64,000 bases of DNA from Sphyrna mokarran. Its lineage: Eukaryota. Under the pieces are notes generated by a model, which ran no database searches, had not been told where the DNA came from, and worked only from the letters and a program-made list of their open reading frames with translations. Position 1 is the stretch's first letter. Every line of letters starts with the position of its first letter. Both the position numbers and the translations under genes were made by a program. Below are positions 1 to 11,765 of the stretch, piece after piece. The stretch spans positions 10,850,001 to 10,914,000 of the forward strand of contig JAGIQG010000040.1 of the NCBI GenBank assembly GCA_024679065.1, in the 5' to 3' direction.

Positions 1-14
1 ATAGAGACAATTGT

Positions 15-160
15 TACACAATCAGCCTAATAACCACATTTTTGGGGATGTGGGAGGGAAACGGAGCACCCGGAGGAAACCCACGCAACATGGGGAGGAA
101 CGTCGCAAACTTCCCGCAGACACAGGCCCAAATCCATGTGTCAGCACAGCAACAGCGATA
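15..160 (-). mobile_element. V-SINE (HE1-like) fragment
   Basis: Reverse complement of the V-SINE core (gtttgc..ttcctccccatgttgcgtgggtttcctccgggtgctccgtt). Confidence 0.7.
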
Positions 161-399
161 GTCTCTGAGCTGTCATGTTGCCCATCAGATGGTCCAGTTT
201 AAGCATACACTGACAACATGAAGCACTAGGCAACTCCTGAAGCAACCTCCAAGAGCAGCTCTCGCACGACATGCCGCATGCATGCCCCTTGTTGGTCAAC
301 AAGGTGGACCGAATTGTCTGCGGAAACAAATAAGACTTAATTAAACATGCTAAAAAAAACTAAGACATTCCCGAGACAAAACTAAAAGATAGTCTACTA

Positions 400-668
400 C
401 TATTTGGTCCTCCCGATATTCAAACAGTCCTGCTATATCCCTCTAACTGCAGACCGCTCATGTGGCTGTCCAAGAGACCCTTAAACAACCCTAGCGTGCC
501 TGCTCCCACCACCTTACTCGGCAGTGCATTCCACAGCCCCACTACCCTTTGTGTGAAAAACTGGCCTCTAATATTCGTCTTATACATAGCCCCCCTCACC
601 CTGAGCCCGTGACCCCTCGTTCTATCCATTTCTAATGGTGGAAAAAACTTACCACCATTTACTCTATC
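400..668 (-). mobile_element. CR1 LINE 3' fragment
   Basis: ORF2 C-terminus RTRGHGLRV..FFTQRVVGLWNALP. Confidence 0.85.
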
Positions 669-669
669 G

Positions 670-1862
670 AACGATGTGACGGAAGGTAGAGCTGTAGACA
701 TTGTATACATGGATTTTAGTAATACGTTTGACAAGGTTTCCCATGGTAGGCTCATGAAGAATATACGGAGGTGTTGGATTGAAGGAAATTTGGCCAATTG
801 AATAGGAGACTGGCTGTATCATAGAAGACAGAGGGTGGTGGTGGAGGGTAAAATTTCAAACTGGAGGCCAGTTACCAGTGGTGTAACACAGGGGATATTG
901 CTGGGTCCTCTGTTTTTCTCTGATTTTTATCAATGACTTGGAAGAAGGGGCTCAAGAGTGGGTTAGTAAATTTGCTGACAACACCAAAATTGTGTAGTTG
1001 TGGATGAAATGGAGGGCTCTTGCAGGCTGAAAAGAGGCATTGAGAGGATGCAGAGCTGGGCTGAAAAGTGGCAGATGGAGTTTAAACCTGATAAGTGTGA
1101 GGTGATTCATTTTGGTAGGACAAACTGGAATGCGGATTACAGGTCAACGGCAGGGTTCTATGGAATGTGGAGGAACAGAGAGATCTTGGGACTCTTACCT
1201 ACAGATCATTGAGGGTTGCCACTCAAATGAATAGAGCTATAAAGAAGGCTTACAATGTGTTAGCTTCATTAACGGGGGGTTTGAGTTTAAGAGCCATGGG
1301 GTTGTGCTGCAACTATACCGGACTTTGTTGAGACGACATTTGAGTATTGTGTGCAGTTCTTGTCACCTCATTATAAGAATGATGTGGAAATATTGGAGAG
1401 AGTGCCGCGGAAATGTACCAGGATGCTGCCTGGTTTGGAGGGTAGGTCTTATGAGCAAAGGTTGAGGGAGCTGGGGCTTTTCTCTTTGGAGTGGAGGAGT
1501 TGACTTATTGAAGGTTTATAAGATGATGAGAGGGATTGATAGAGTGGACGTGCAGAGAATACTTCCTCGCGTCAATGAAACGTGTTACTAGAGTGCATAA
1601 ATATAAGGTTCAAATATGGTGGGAGATATAGGAGGGATGTCTGAGGTAGATTCTTTACTCAGAGAATGAATGGAATAGGCTGCCTGCTATGATTGTGCAG
1701 TCGGATACTTTAGGAACTTTCAAGAAGTTATTGGATAGGCACATGGAGCACTCCAGAATTAAAGGGAGGAAACAGCTTGACCTTGGGCTTGGACATAGAA
1801 CGGCACAAGATTGAGGGCCAAAAGGCCTGTACTGTGCTGTAATGTTCTTTGTTTCTATGTTT
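670..1862 (+). mobile_element. 5'-truncated CR1 LINE, degenerate RT
   Basis: VDIVYMDFS, SKFADNTK, WAEKWQMEF motifs; ends in tgttct tail. Confidence 0.9.
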
Positions 1863-1933
1863 GCCAATGGTGCAATGTGGAGATACCAAACAATGAGTGA
1901 ATCTGTTTGTTCACCGGCCTGTAACTAAGGTGC

Positions 1934-2940
1934 ATAGAACATAGAACATAGAACATTACAGCACAGAACAGGCCCTTCGGCCTTCGATGTTGCGCAGACC
2001 AATTATGAAAAAAGCAATGACCCTCCAAACTAAACCATTCCCTTCTCTTCCATAAACTTATCAACTAACCTCTTAAACTCCACCAAACTTGGCGCATCTA
2101 CAACTGCCGCAGGCAGGGCATTCCACTCCCTAACCACCCTCTGGGTAAAGAACCTACCTCTGATATCCGTCATATAACTATCACCCCTTAATTTAAAGCT
2201 GTGTCCCCTCGTGCTAGCTTTCTCCATCCTAGGAAAAAGGCTATCACTGTCCACCCTCTCTAAACCTCTAATCATCTTATATGTTTCGATTAGGTCCCCT
2301 CTTAGCCCCCTCCTTTCTAACGAAAACAACCTCAAATCCCTCAGCCTCTCTTCATAAGACCTGCCCTCCATACCAGGCAACATCCTGGTAAACCTCCTCT
2401 GTACCCTCTCCAATGCCTCCACATCTTTCTTTATAATGTGGGGACCAGAACTGCACACAATACTCCAAGTGCGGCCGCACTAGAGTTTTGTACAGTTGCA
2501 ACATGACGTTGCGGCTCCGAAATTCACTCCCTCTACCAATAAAAGCCAAGACTCCATATGCCTTCCTAACAACCTTCTCGACCTGACTGCCTACTTTCAG
2601 GGATCTATGCACATACACACCAAGATCCCTCTGTTCATCTATACTACTAAGAATCCTACCATTTGCCCTATACTCTACACATTTATTATTTCTGCCCTAG
2701 TGCATTACCTCACACTTTTCCACATTAAACTCCATTTGCCACCTCTCGGCCCAGCTCTGCAACTTGTCCAAGTCTCTCTGCAAACTATAACACCCCTCTT
2801 CCTATCTACCACTCCACCGACTTTAGTGTCATCTGCAAATTTACTAATCCATCCTTCAATACCCTCATCCAGATCATTTATAAAAATTACAAACAGCAGG
2901 TGCCCCAAAACAGACCCCTGAGGTACACCACTTGTCACCA
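1934..2940 (-). mobile_element. 5'-truncated CR1 LINE (young subfamily)
   Basis: [26 protein letters not shown]; (ATAGAAC)n tail at 1934-1955. Confidence 0.92.
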
Positions 2941-2957
2941 CTTGTGCAGGTTCTAAC

Positions 2958-2994
2958 TTAATTATTCCTCTGGAGACGCTCACTCAGAATAAAT
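2958..2994 (+). promoter_or_regulatory. GPCR-1 proximal promoter: homeodomain TAATTA + EBF/O-E-like CCTCTGGAGA + TATA-like ATAAAT
   Basis: ttaattattcctctggagacg matches 18/21 to the same position upstream of GPCR-4 (41916-41936); ATAAAT at 2989-2994. Confidence 0.55.
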
Positions 2995-3057
2995 GTGGGA
3001 CACAATGAAACCACCGTCATGCTCAGATTTAAACTTCATTTCACTTTCTAGGAGAGG

Positions 3058-3127
3058 ATGCATGGACCAGCGAAAGGTATCTTCTTCGCCATTTCTTATC
3101 CCATTCTCGCGGCCATTGGTGTTCCTG
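3058..3127 (+). CDS. GPR139-like GPCR gene 1, coding exon 1
   Basis: MHGPAKGIFFAISYPILAAIGVP then phase-1 donor G|gtaggt; supplies the first part of TM1. Confidence 0.85.
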
Positions 3128-4339
3128 GTAGGTGAAAGATCCCAAATCATTCTCATGATTTGAACTGTATGGCATTGCATAAACATTAACATTTTATTGT
3201 TGAACATTCAATTTTATTCCAATGTAGTAAAATGCGATCCAGTGTTTTCAGTATTGTGCAGAATAAAGTGTATAATGTGGCCTGTATCTCATCCACTAGT
3301 ATGCACAGTCTCAGAAAAATAAGTTATTACAATCTATTAATTCAATTAGATGCATTGACATAGAGCTTACATTCAGTGGTTGCATGAAACGATGTTGCGA
3401 CCTCCAGCAGTTTATAATTGTTGATCTGTAGTGAGGTGGCAATGGGCTGTCCACATTGTTACTGAGGTTTTAAAAATTAAGAATTAATTATTGAAACTTT
3501 TTGAAAAAAGTTGAGGGGGTTATGCATATGCATTTTGTCTTGTGTTAGTAAGACTGGTAAATTTGCAGTAATTATATTTTTAATCACTAGGTGTATGCAT
3601 GTAGATATGGCAAGACGAATATATCTTGTCCATTTCCATCTTTTATTTGAGAAGGCGATGAGGCGTTGTTTCTTCAGACACTCGGATAAGTAGAATGGGG
3701 ACACTTCACAGAGCTTTACAAATTAACTTTATACTGACAGACAGAATGACTTAGAATTTTTCAACGAATTCATTTTCTGAAGATCGCCCTGAAGAGCAAA
3801 GGGAACGTTTAGTCTTTGAAAGAAGGGGTAGCAGAGGTTAGAGTCTTAGCAGGAAAGGCAAATTGAAAATCAGGGGCATTGAAGTCCACACTCGGAGATA
3901 TAGTGTGACCTCAGTTAGTTGTAGCATGTTACCAACATCTGGAACGGCGAGATATTGGAGGGGTTTAAAATTTGAAGGGCGAGATTATAAAAACAGACGC
4001 TGCCTGAAGAAGGGCTGATAGGGCTGATGGATGGATGGGATTAGTACGAAGAAGAATATTGACAGTAAATTTTGGGAGAATCTGAAATTTGATAGTTATC
4101 TGAGGGGATCAACTCAGTGACCAGAGCGCAGAGATAAAATTAGGACTGATTGCCCCTAATCTAAAATAACTTTAATCCAGTTTTGAATTTAGTGCCATTG
4201 CCGAAACTTTGCATTCACTGGAGTCTAGACTTGGCAAAGTGAAGGATGAGGTCGTTCTCAGTAACTGATTGGATAGCGCAGCAGTTGGTGTTTACAGTCC
4301 TCTCAGTAACACATCTCTCTGTCTCTTTCTATCTCACAG

Positions 4340-5229
4340 CCAACTTGGTGACCATCGTAATCTTATCTCGAGGACGGTGCGGACTGTCACGGTGCATGAC
4401 CTACTATCTTATCGCGATAGCATTGACTGATTTCCTTGTCATCATCACTGCCGTAATCCTCAACCGGATTGGCCGCATCTACTTTCAGAACAGCGTCCTG
4501 TCAACCACCCCGGCATGTACATTCAGCAATCTGCTGGTCTATTTTACGCGGGATTCATCTGTCTGGTTGACAGTGGCTTTCACCATCGACCGTTTTGTGG
4601 CCATCTGCTGCCAGAGGCTGAAGACCAGATACTGCACCGAGAAAACAGCATTGCTGGTTATAGGAATAGTTTGCATCCTGAGCTGTGTCAGGAATGTCCC
4701 TTTCTACTTCACTTACGAGCCCTTGTACACCCTGGACGCGGTTCCCTGGTTCTGTGTTTTTAAGTCCAGGTATTACACGCTGCCCGCCTGGCAGGCATTT
4801 GGCTGGCTGGACAATATCTTAACTCCGTTTCTCCCGTTCCTCCTCATCCTGCTTCTTAATGCTCTGACCATAAAACACATCTTAGCGGCCAGCAGAGCTC
4901 GCAGGAGACTCCGGGGCACGGAGAGTCACGGAGATCCAGAGATGGCCAACCGCAAGAGGTCCATCATCCTGCTCTTCGCCATCGCCCTCAGCTTCCTCCT
5001 CCTCTGGGTCACCTATGTCATATACTTCCTCTATGTGTGGATTACAGGTGTGGGCTACCGCACCAGCTTGGATTTCAAAGACCCACGGTACATCTTTCAG
5101 GAAACAGGAAACTTGCTTCAGCTGGTCAGTTCCTGCAACAACGTCTTCATCTACGCAGTCACCCAAACCAAATTCCGAGAGGACCTGAAGAAGGTTCTGC
5201 TATGCCCCTTCACCAGGCTCACTGGGTAA
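4340..5229 (+). CDS. GPR139-like GPCR gene 1, coding exon 2 (spliced protein about 319 aa)
   Basis: Acceptor tctcacag|cc; open frame with TM1-TM7, DRF, ECL2 PWFC, TM7 NNVFIY. Confidence 0.92.
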
Positions 5230-6119
5230 AACACACATCAGTACATGCTTGGGTTTCATCAACTTAGACCAATGTGTATTCCATCTCTCTGGAATCAGAC
5301 ACTATTGGGCTTTAGATACAGGACTTGAGAGATGTGAAGCCCATAATACAGTGCTCACAGCCACTGTTATTGCTCTGAATGAATGCTGAGTTACCACAGT
5401 TGCTAACTTCCTGGAAGAGATAATGTAGAGATGGAGATTTCCAGCATTGATGAGGCCCTTTGGCCACATAACACCTATTTAATCACATCCCATTTCGCAA
5501 TAGTTGATTCGTTTCGTTGCATGCTCTGACGTTTCAAATGTTGATCCAAATGCTTCTTAAATGTGAGGGTTCTTTCTCCTGCCATACTTTCAGGCAGTGA
5601 TTTCTCAGTTACCACCACTTTCTCGATTAACAAATTTTTGTTTTCTTTTTCCGCAAATCCCCTGTCAACATGATGCTCCTATCCTTAGATCTATGCCCCT
5701 GATTATTGACACCTCTACGAAGGAGAATGGTTATTTTCATCTGGTTTATCTATATTCCTCATAGTTTGGTACAATCAGTGAAGTTCCTCCCACCCTTCTC
5801 CACTTTAAGGAAAATAATCCCAGCCCATCCCCATCCAGCCTCTTTCAAACGCCGCAAGCTTCAGCCCAGGCAGCATCCTGTTGAATATCCTCAATATTCT
5901 TTCTAACACAACAACATCTGTATGTGCAGTGAAACGAATCTTCGAATGTGTCGTGAATCGAAACTATTCTCCTTGCTAAAGTAGTTCGGCACCAGTATCA
6001 TCCTAATGAATCTGCACATGGTACACTAACCGTGGCATAATGGAAATTCTATAAGTTCCAGCTGTCGCTTTTCATCAATGCTTCTGTTAATAAAGACAAT
6101 TGCCTTGTTTGGATAGATT

Positions 6120-6520
6120 GTTTTTTTTTCTGGAGTGCTGGCGGCTGAGTGGTTATCTTATAGAGGCCTATAAAGTAATATCGGACACGTGTCAGTTAGA
6201 TAATGGATATCTTTTCCTACTGCATTGGTGTCTAAATCTAGAGGGCAGAGGTTTACCGTGAGAAGGGAAAGATATGAAAGAGTGCAGAGGGACATTTTTT
6301 TCACACAAAAGGTTGTGAACATCTGGGACAAGATGCCAGAGCTTGTGGTACAGTGTGGTATAATTTTGTCTTAAAAAAAAACGCTATGACAGTTACATTA
6401 GTAAGATGGTTATCGAGAGATATGGGCCTAACGCGGGCAAATAGGGACCTTTTTACCAGTTTAAAAAGACGACATAGGTGTGTTGCGCCGAAGGGCATGC
6501 TTCTATGCTGCAAAACTCTG
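6120..6520 (+). mobile_element. Old CR1 3' fragment
   Basis: tctagagggcagaggttt...ttttttcacacaaaaggttgtgaacatctgg; CR1-type 3' UTR. Confidence 0.6.
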
Positions 6521-7993
6521 TGAATAAATGATGCTGTTTCATCTTTCTGATTCCCCCAGATACAGATTACAGATGAGTCAGCCTCAGATTTAAATGGATG
6601 AAGGAGATATCATGATGGTGGGTTATAAAATGCGATTGGCTGAGCAATTTACCAGGAATTATTATTGCTCTTTGTTTACTGAACGTAATTGTTTTTGAAC
6701 TAATATGAGGTGGGAATGATCTGTAAGAAAATCTGTAATTGATTTGTTCGTGATTGTCCACGTTAGATTCATTGGAAAGGACCTGCCGCTGTTTCCCAGG
6801 GATTCTTAACCCTTTTTGTCAACTCCGAACAGCTGCTTGTTGTGTTTAGGTTTTAAATAAATGTTCCGTCCTTACACAGAGATATCTGCCTCGTGAGTTT
6901 TATATTCTCTGTAGTTAAAGACAGTATTGGTCACCTCAAATTATCCCATAACACTAGACATAATTTGGACATTTGTAATCTATTGTGTATTTACATGAAA
7001 TACACCTCAATCTCTTGGTTTCATCTCATGGTTTTCACCTCTGTTCTGTATGTGTTCTCTATCTAGCGTGTGGTATGCCTGCCTTGTAAGTATTTCATCG
7101 GACGATATGCAGAGAATCTTACTCTGTTAACCCACACTGCAGCGACTCTGATAGTGTTTTTGAGGGGCAGGGTAAAGGAAACTATTTCCTGCTGAACACG
7201 ATCCTGTATCGGCCGCTGATGAAGCAGAACCTTTGCTGTTTAGAATTACCTGGTCAGTGACCGACCTGTTTATGAATGAAATTACCGCGGTCTCCTCATT
7301 CTTCACTCATTCTGTCTCTGGATTTTATTATAAAAAGGCAGAGATGAAGGTGTTTTACACAGATTGTCCACTGGGTGGCGCAGTGACTGAATCAACCACA
7401 TCCCGCCCATGACTGGGGGAACATGCCTGTCTGGGAAAGGGGGAGAAAACCCTATAATATGGGAAATGGAGCAGAGGTGATGGGTTTGAAGAACAAAATT
7501 AAGCCAAGCCAGAGATGGTTAAAGTTTTATTCAATATTTATTTTAAAAATTCAGAGAACATTTTACAGCAAAATTATTTTTAAAGTCTCGAAAGTGAACG
7601 TAGCGATCGAGCTTCACGTTGAGAACAGAACACATGCACAGGGAATCCGTCAATATTTATACATCTGTTCCATACACCAGAAAGAGAAAACAGGGCATTC
7701 ATAGAATGAGGCATTAGGAAATATGAATAAGGAATTAGAACAGTTTCTTACTTAGACATGAAATTTAATCTACAAGAAAACTATTAATCACAATTACATT
7801 TATAACAAAAATATCTCATATATTTCACACGAAAAATTGAAATAAGGTCTACGATTCCTTCAGTTTCAGATTCAGAATAATAAACTGTAAGAATTTTACT
7901 GATAAAGTCACCAAGAGGAGATATTGTACATGAACCATACAGACATCTTGCTAATCAACTGAGGCAAATCTGCAGCGTCCAAAATGTAACCCA

Positions 7994-8002
7994 TCATTTG
8001 AT
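7994..8002 (-). CDS. IGHM: IgM heavy chain TM2 exon (IK-stop)
   Basis: ttttacag|ATC AAA TGA; AATAAA on minus strand at 7526-7531 and 7537-7542. Confidence 0.8.
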   Translation of the reverse strand: MK

Positions 8003-8140
8003 CTGTAAAATAATAATACATAATGAAGCAGATGTTTGTGATGCGGGACATTAATGTTATAGTTTTTAATCAGTGAAACATTGAGAGATTTTTAAATCCG
8101 TTCAGCCAGTTTCAAATGTGACCGAATTGAATAATCTCAC

Positions 8141-8268
8141 CTTCACCAGAGTGACTGCAGTGCTATAGAAAATGCTCAGAAAGAACAGGACGATGAATGT
8201 AGAAGCCGTTGTCCAGATGTTGCTGTTCTCATCCTCATTGTCTTCAATCCAGATGCGGTCGGTGGGTT
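8141..8268 (-). CDS. IGHM: IgM heavy chain TM1 exon
   Basis: (E)[42 protein letters not shown]; ag acceptor and gtgag donor; antigen-receptor TM motif. Confidence 0.92.
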
Positions 8269-8929
8269 CTAAGAGGCGGAGACCAGAAATTGAAATTAGA
8301 TTACTTTATTTATCCAGGGAATCTTATTGTTTTTTTTTCTGTTCCTTGTTCTCCTTCATAAGCTGTTAATTTATTCTCTATATAAGTTTCAATGTCTATC
8401 TACTACTAAATTCAGGACACTCAAAAACTGATCTCCGTAACTATTTTCACAGTTGATCTTTATGTACATTCCTTGGACAGTCCATGTCAGGAAGCACTAA
8501 GATGTTGTCTTGCCTATCCGTTCATTTTTGATCAATTTAACACGAACCCTTATTGAAGAATGTTATGGCTGATATGGAGGAACATTCACTGATCAATGAT
8601 TGTTTTCACAGATGGTTGCTGATCTGTAAACTGTGAATGTTGCTGTCTAACAACTGGGATATAATTTCTCATCTTGTCTTATTTATGGTGGCAACAGTTA
8701 GTAGATCACTAGCTTAATTTAGTTTCTCAACTTGTTTTTGGTCGAAAGTACATTGGGCGAGTTGTCGGTAGATACGCCCATTAAAATTCATGTTTAAATT
8801 TTACTTTCATATTTACCTACCATTTTTATTTAAGATTTTGCATTTATGTGCGTTTGCTTGAGCATCTCGTGGTCTGCATTCATCTTTCACTCTGAGTTAA
8901 TATATGTACAAGAGCGCTAATGTACGCAT

Positions 8930-9617
8930 TCATTTGCCTGTGTTTGTTGATTTGTGTAGTTGTGTGTCTGCATCTCTGTGTACATTTTTTTCTTCTGTCA
9001 TTACGTATGTATGACTATTACTGTGTTAATTTTATGTATAGGTGTTAATACTACTCTTAATGGGTGCACATGTGTTTCTATCTATTACTATGTTGTAATT
9101 TCTGTCATTCTATTACTGCTTGTTTCCCTTTCCGTGTGTGTCTGTTTCCCCATGTGTCTGTCTGAGTACCTGTTAACATGTATGTATCTATATACGTGTT
9201 AACAGTTCTTTATAACGATATCTTGACATATGTTTGTGTTTCGACATGTAATAATGTGTGCTACGGTGTTCTGTTCTATATGAGCATGTTAATATTTGTG
9301 TCTATATGTTTGTGTGCAAATGTTTTGCTGTCAATTCATCTATGTGCAGTCTGCTTATTTGTTTACATGCATTTCCATATATGTCTGTTAATGTGTATAA
9401 CATTGTGTATCTCTATATCCATATTCCTGTCAGCGTGAAAGTGTGCTATAAATAAATAAATATATATATTTGAGTAACTTATTTGATTTTTTATGTGTGT
9501 GTGTGTTTGTGCATTTATGTGGGTTGCATGCATGTGCCTGTACTGTGTCTATGCATGTCTATGTTTGTGTTTGGTCTGTGTACCGATTCACGTAAGTATA
9601 TGAACTTGTGTGTTTCA

Positions 9618-9648
<31 letters not shown>

Positions 9649-9790
9649 TTGTATGTATTTGATTATGAACGTTTGTTTTTTTTAGTACCAGTTTGTATAA
9701 GCACGAATCGATATATTCGTGTGTGTGTATGCATACGCCTACACCTGTATTTCTAACTGTGACAGTTTTGTGTATTATTGTCAGTGTGTT
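8930..9790. repeat. Degenerate TG/TA-rich low-complexity tract in the CH4-TM1 intron
   Basis: Decayed (TG)n with a pure run near 9626-9648. Confidence 0.8.
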
Positions 9791-10999
9791 TATTTTTTAA
9801 CTGTTGCTTCAAGTTTCACGAGCAATCATTAATTCTACGTGATCCAAGCAATCCGAGTAATGGAGTATATTTTAGAGTTTTGCTGTTTAAATTTATTTTA
9901 TGTGTTGGACATAATGATATCAGTGTGTCTACATAATCGTTAACTGAACGTGATCCAAACAATCCGAGTAATGCTGTTTAAATGTGAAGGGCACGGTGAT
10001 GTGAAGAGACCGAATGAAATAATTCATTGATGCATCTCAGAAACCTCAGTAACAGAACAGTGAAATCAGGGTAGGATTCAATTATGTGTTTAAATTTGTA
10101 TTATGGGAAATCGATGTCAGCACATGGCTAACAGGAACAAGAGTATTGAAACATTTTTGAATTATGTTGCATATGTATTATATTTATATGTGTGTGTGTG
10201 TGTGTGTGTTAGAAACTTGAAGGATACTTTGGTAATGAAAGTGATACTTCAAAATCTATGGCAAGTAAACAAGAAACTAATTTGTACTGTTGGCAACTGG
10301 GTCTTACCGCAAAGAGTCGTTCCCTTCCAAACACGCTACGTGGAGTGAGGGAGGAGAGTGAGCTCAGTGTTTACCTCTCTCTATCCAGTATGCAATGTCT
10401 CTGATGGTTCTAACCACTCAGGAGGTGAAGGTAGCTGGATTAAATAATGACATTCTTCCTCGTTTCATTGAGGAAGTGGTGGGACATGGGTTAGCTATTG
10501 CCCCTCCCCTCTCTTTGTTGGGTGAGTAGGAAGCCAGTATGTTAACAATTGCTCCTCCCTCTCTGTGATGGGGGGATTGTTGCTCCACGTTTCTGTGTGA
10601 CACTCACTTCAGTTCCCAGTGGGTGTGGTGCAGCGGCTGAAAGCTGTCATCAATGGATAAAGGGATGGACAATGAGAGAAACAGGAACACCGAGATCTAA
10701 ATGTTATGTTTGTCAGAAATGTTGAAATTGTCATATCTCTCCTCAGTGGGAGGAAAGACTGTGAAGATATTTTCCTGAATCCTGTAATGATGTGTTTAAT
10801 TTGTTTTGTATCTGGGTGTATCTGAGCAGGGCGCACAGGTTGAATAAGATTTAGTTCCGAGACATGAAAATATCTGACTCAAACTAAAAATTTATAATGG
10901 AAGTAAAAATGAAAAGCAATCAATTAAATAATTGGGTATTTCATTTGTCACTAGAGGAAAAGATTTTTTATTGAAGTATTTAATGTAAGCGAGTGATTC

Positions 11000-11391
11000 T
11001 CATTGACAGGAATTAACAGTGTCCATCAGTGCAAGGGAAATGTTCACAAAACTGGGTTTACCGCTGGATTTGTCAACTGTTCCGTTGATGATCTTCAAGG
11101 GGATGGCTTCATGTCCCACCACACAGGAGTAAGAAGCGCCGCTGGACCATTCCTCTGCTGCAATGGATAACAGGCTGTACATGAAGAAGGAATTATTGCC
11201 GTTCTCCGCCACCACCTCGGTGTTCCCGTAGTTCCCGGGATTCACCGGCTTGTCGTTGATGGTCCACTTGACGAAGATCTCTCGGGGGGAGAAACGTCTC
11301 ACTAAGCAGCTGAGGGAGACGAATCTCTGAGCGGAGATTTCTTCTGCCGAGGGCAGGAGGACAGAGACGAACGGTTCCCGTGGATTTGGAT
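11000..11391 (-). CDS. IGHM: IgM heavy chain CH4 exon with secretory tailpiece (orphan, probably a truncated pseudogene cluster)
   Basis: [65 protein letters not shown]; internal donor G|GTAAA after 11062; AATAAA 10967-10972. Confidence 0.92.
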
Positions 11392-11491
11392 CTGCAGAAA
11401 ATGTACAATTAATGTCAATAAACTGGAGAATTCTGGAGACAATGAAACTGCCAGTTAGATATCAGGGAAATATGCTGCAATTTCAATTTTA

Positions 11492-11765
11492 GAATATAAG
11501 AACATAAGAAATAGGAGCAGGAGTAGGCCATCTAGACCCCCGAGCCTGCCCCAGCATTCAATAAGATCATGGCTGACCTGAAGTGGTTCAGTTCCACTTT
11601 CTCACTTTCTCCCCTTAACTCTTACTCCCCCTGTGTATCATAAACGTATCTACCCGTGACTTAAATATAATTAGCGAGGAAGCCTATTTCAACAAGCAGA
11701 AAATTTTCGGAGACTCACCAGCCTTTGATTGAAGAAGTTCCTCCTCAACTCCGATCTAACCTGCT
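11492..11765 (-). mobile_element. CR1 3' end
   Basis: taagaacataagaaataggagcaggagtaggcca tail. Confidence 0.75.

Noticed and set aside
4246-4339. N-terminal extensions of the GPCR ORFs (also 28423-28537 and 42775-42889)
   Set aside because: Intronic read-through; real exon 1 with matching splice phase is found upstream
6560-6953. Possible solo LTR (AATAAA, ends ..cataaca)
   Set aside because: No clear 5' TG boundary, partner LTR or target-site duplication
7214-7245. CTGATGA followed by a hairpin, hammerhead-like
   Set aside because: GAAA core and stem I are missing
8960-9455. Hydrophobic Cys/Val-rich ORFs (also 18617-19345, 26529-27110, 44312-44770)
   Set aside because: Translations of TG-, GA- or GGT-rich low-complexity DNA
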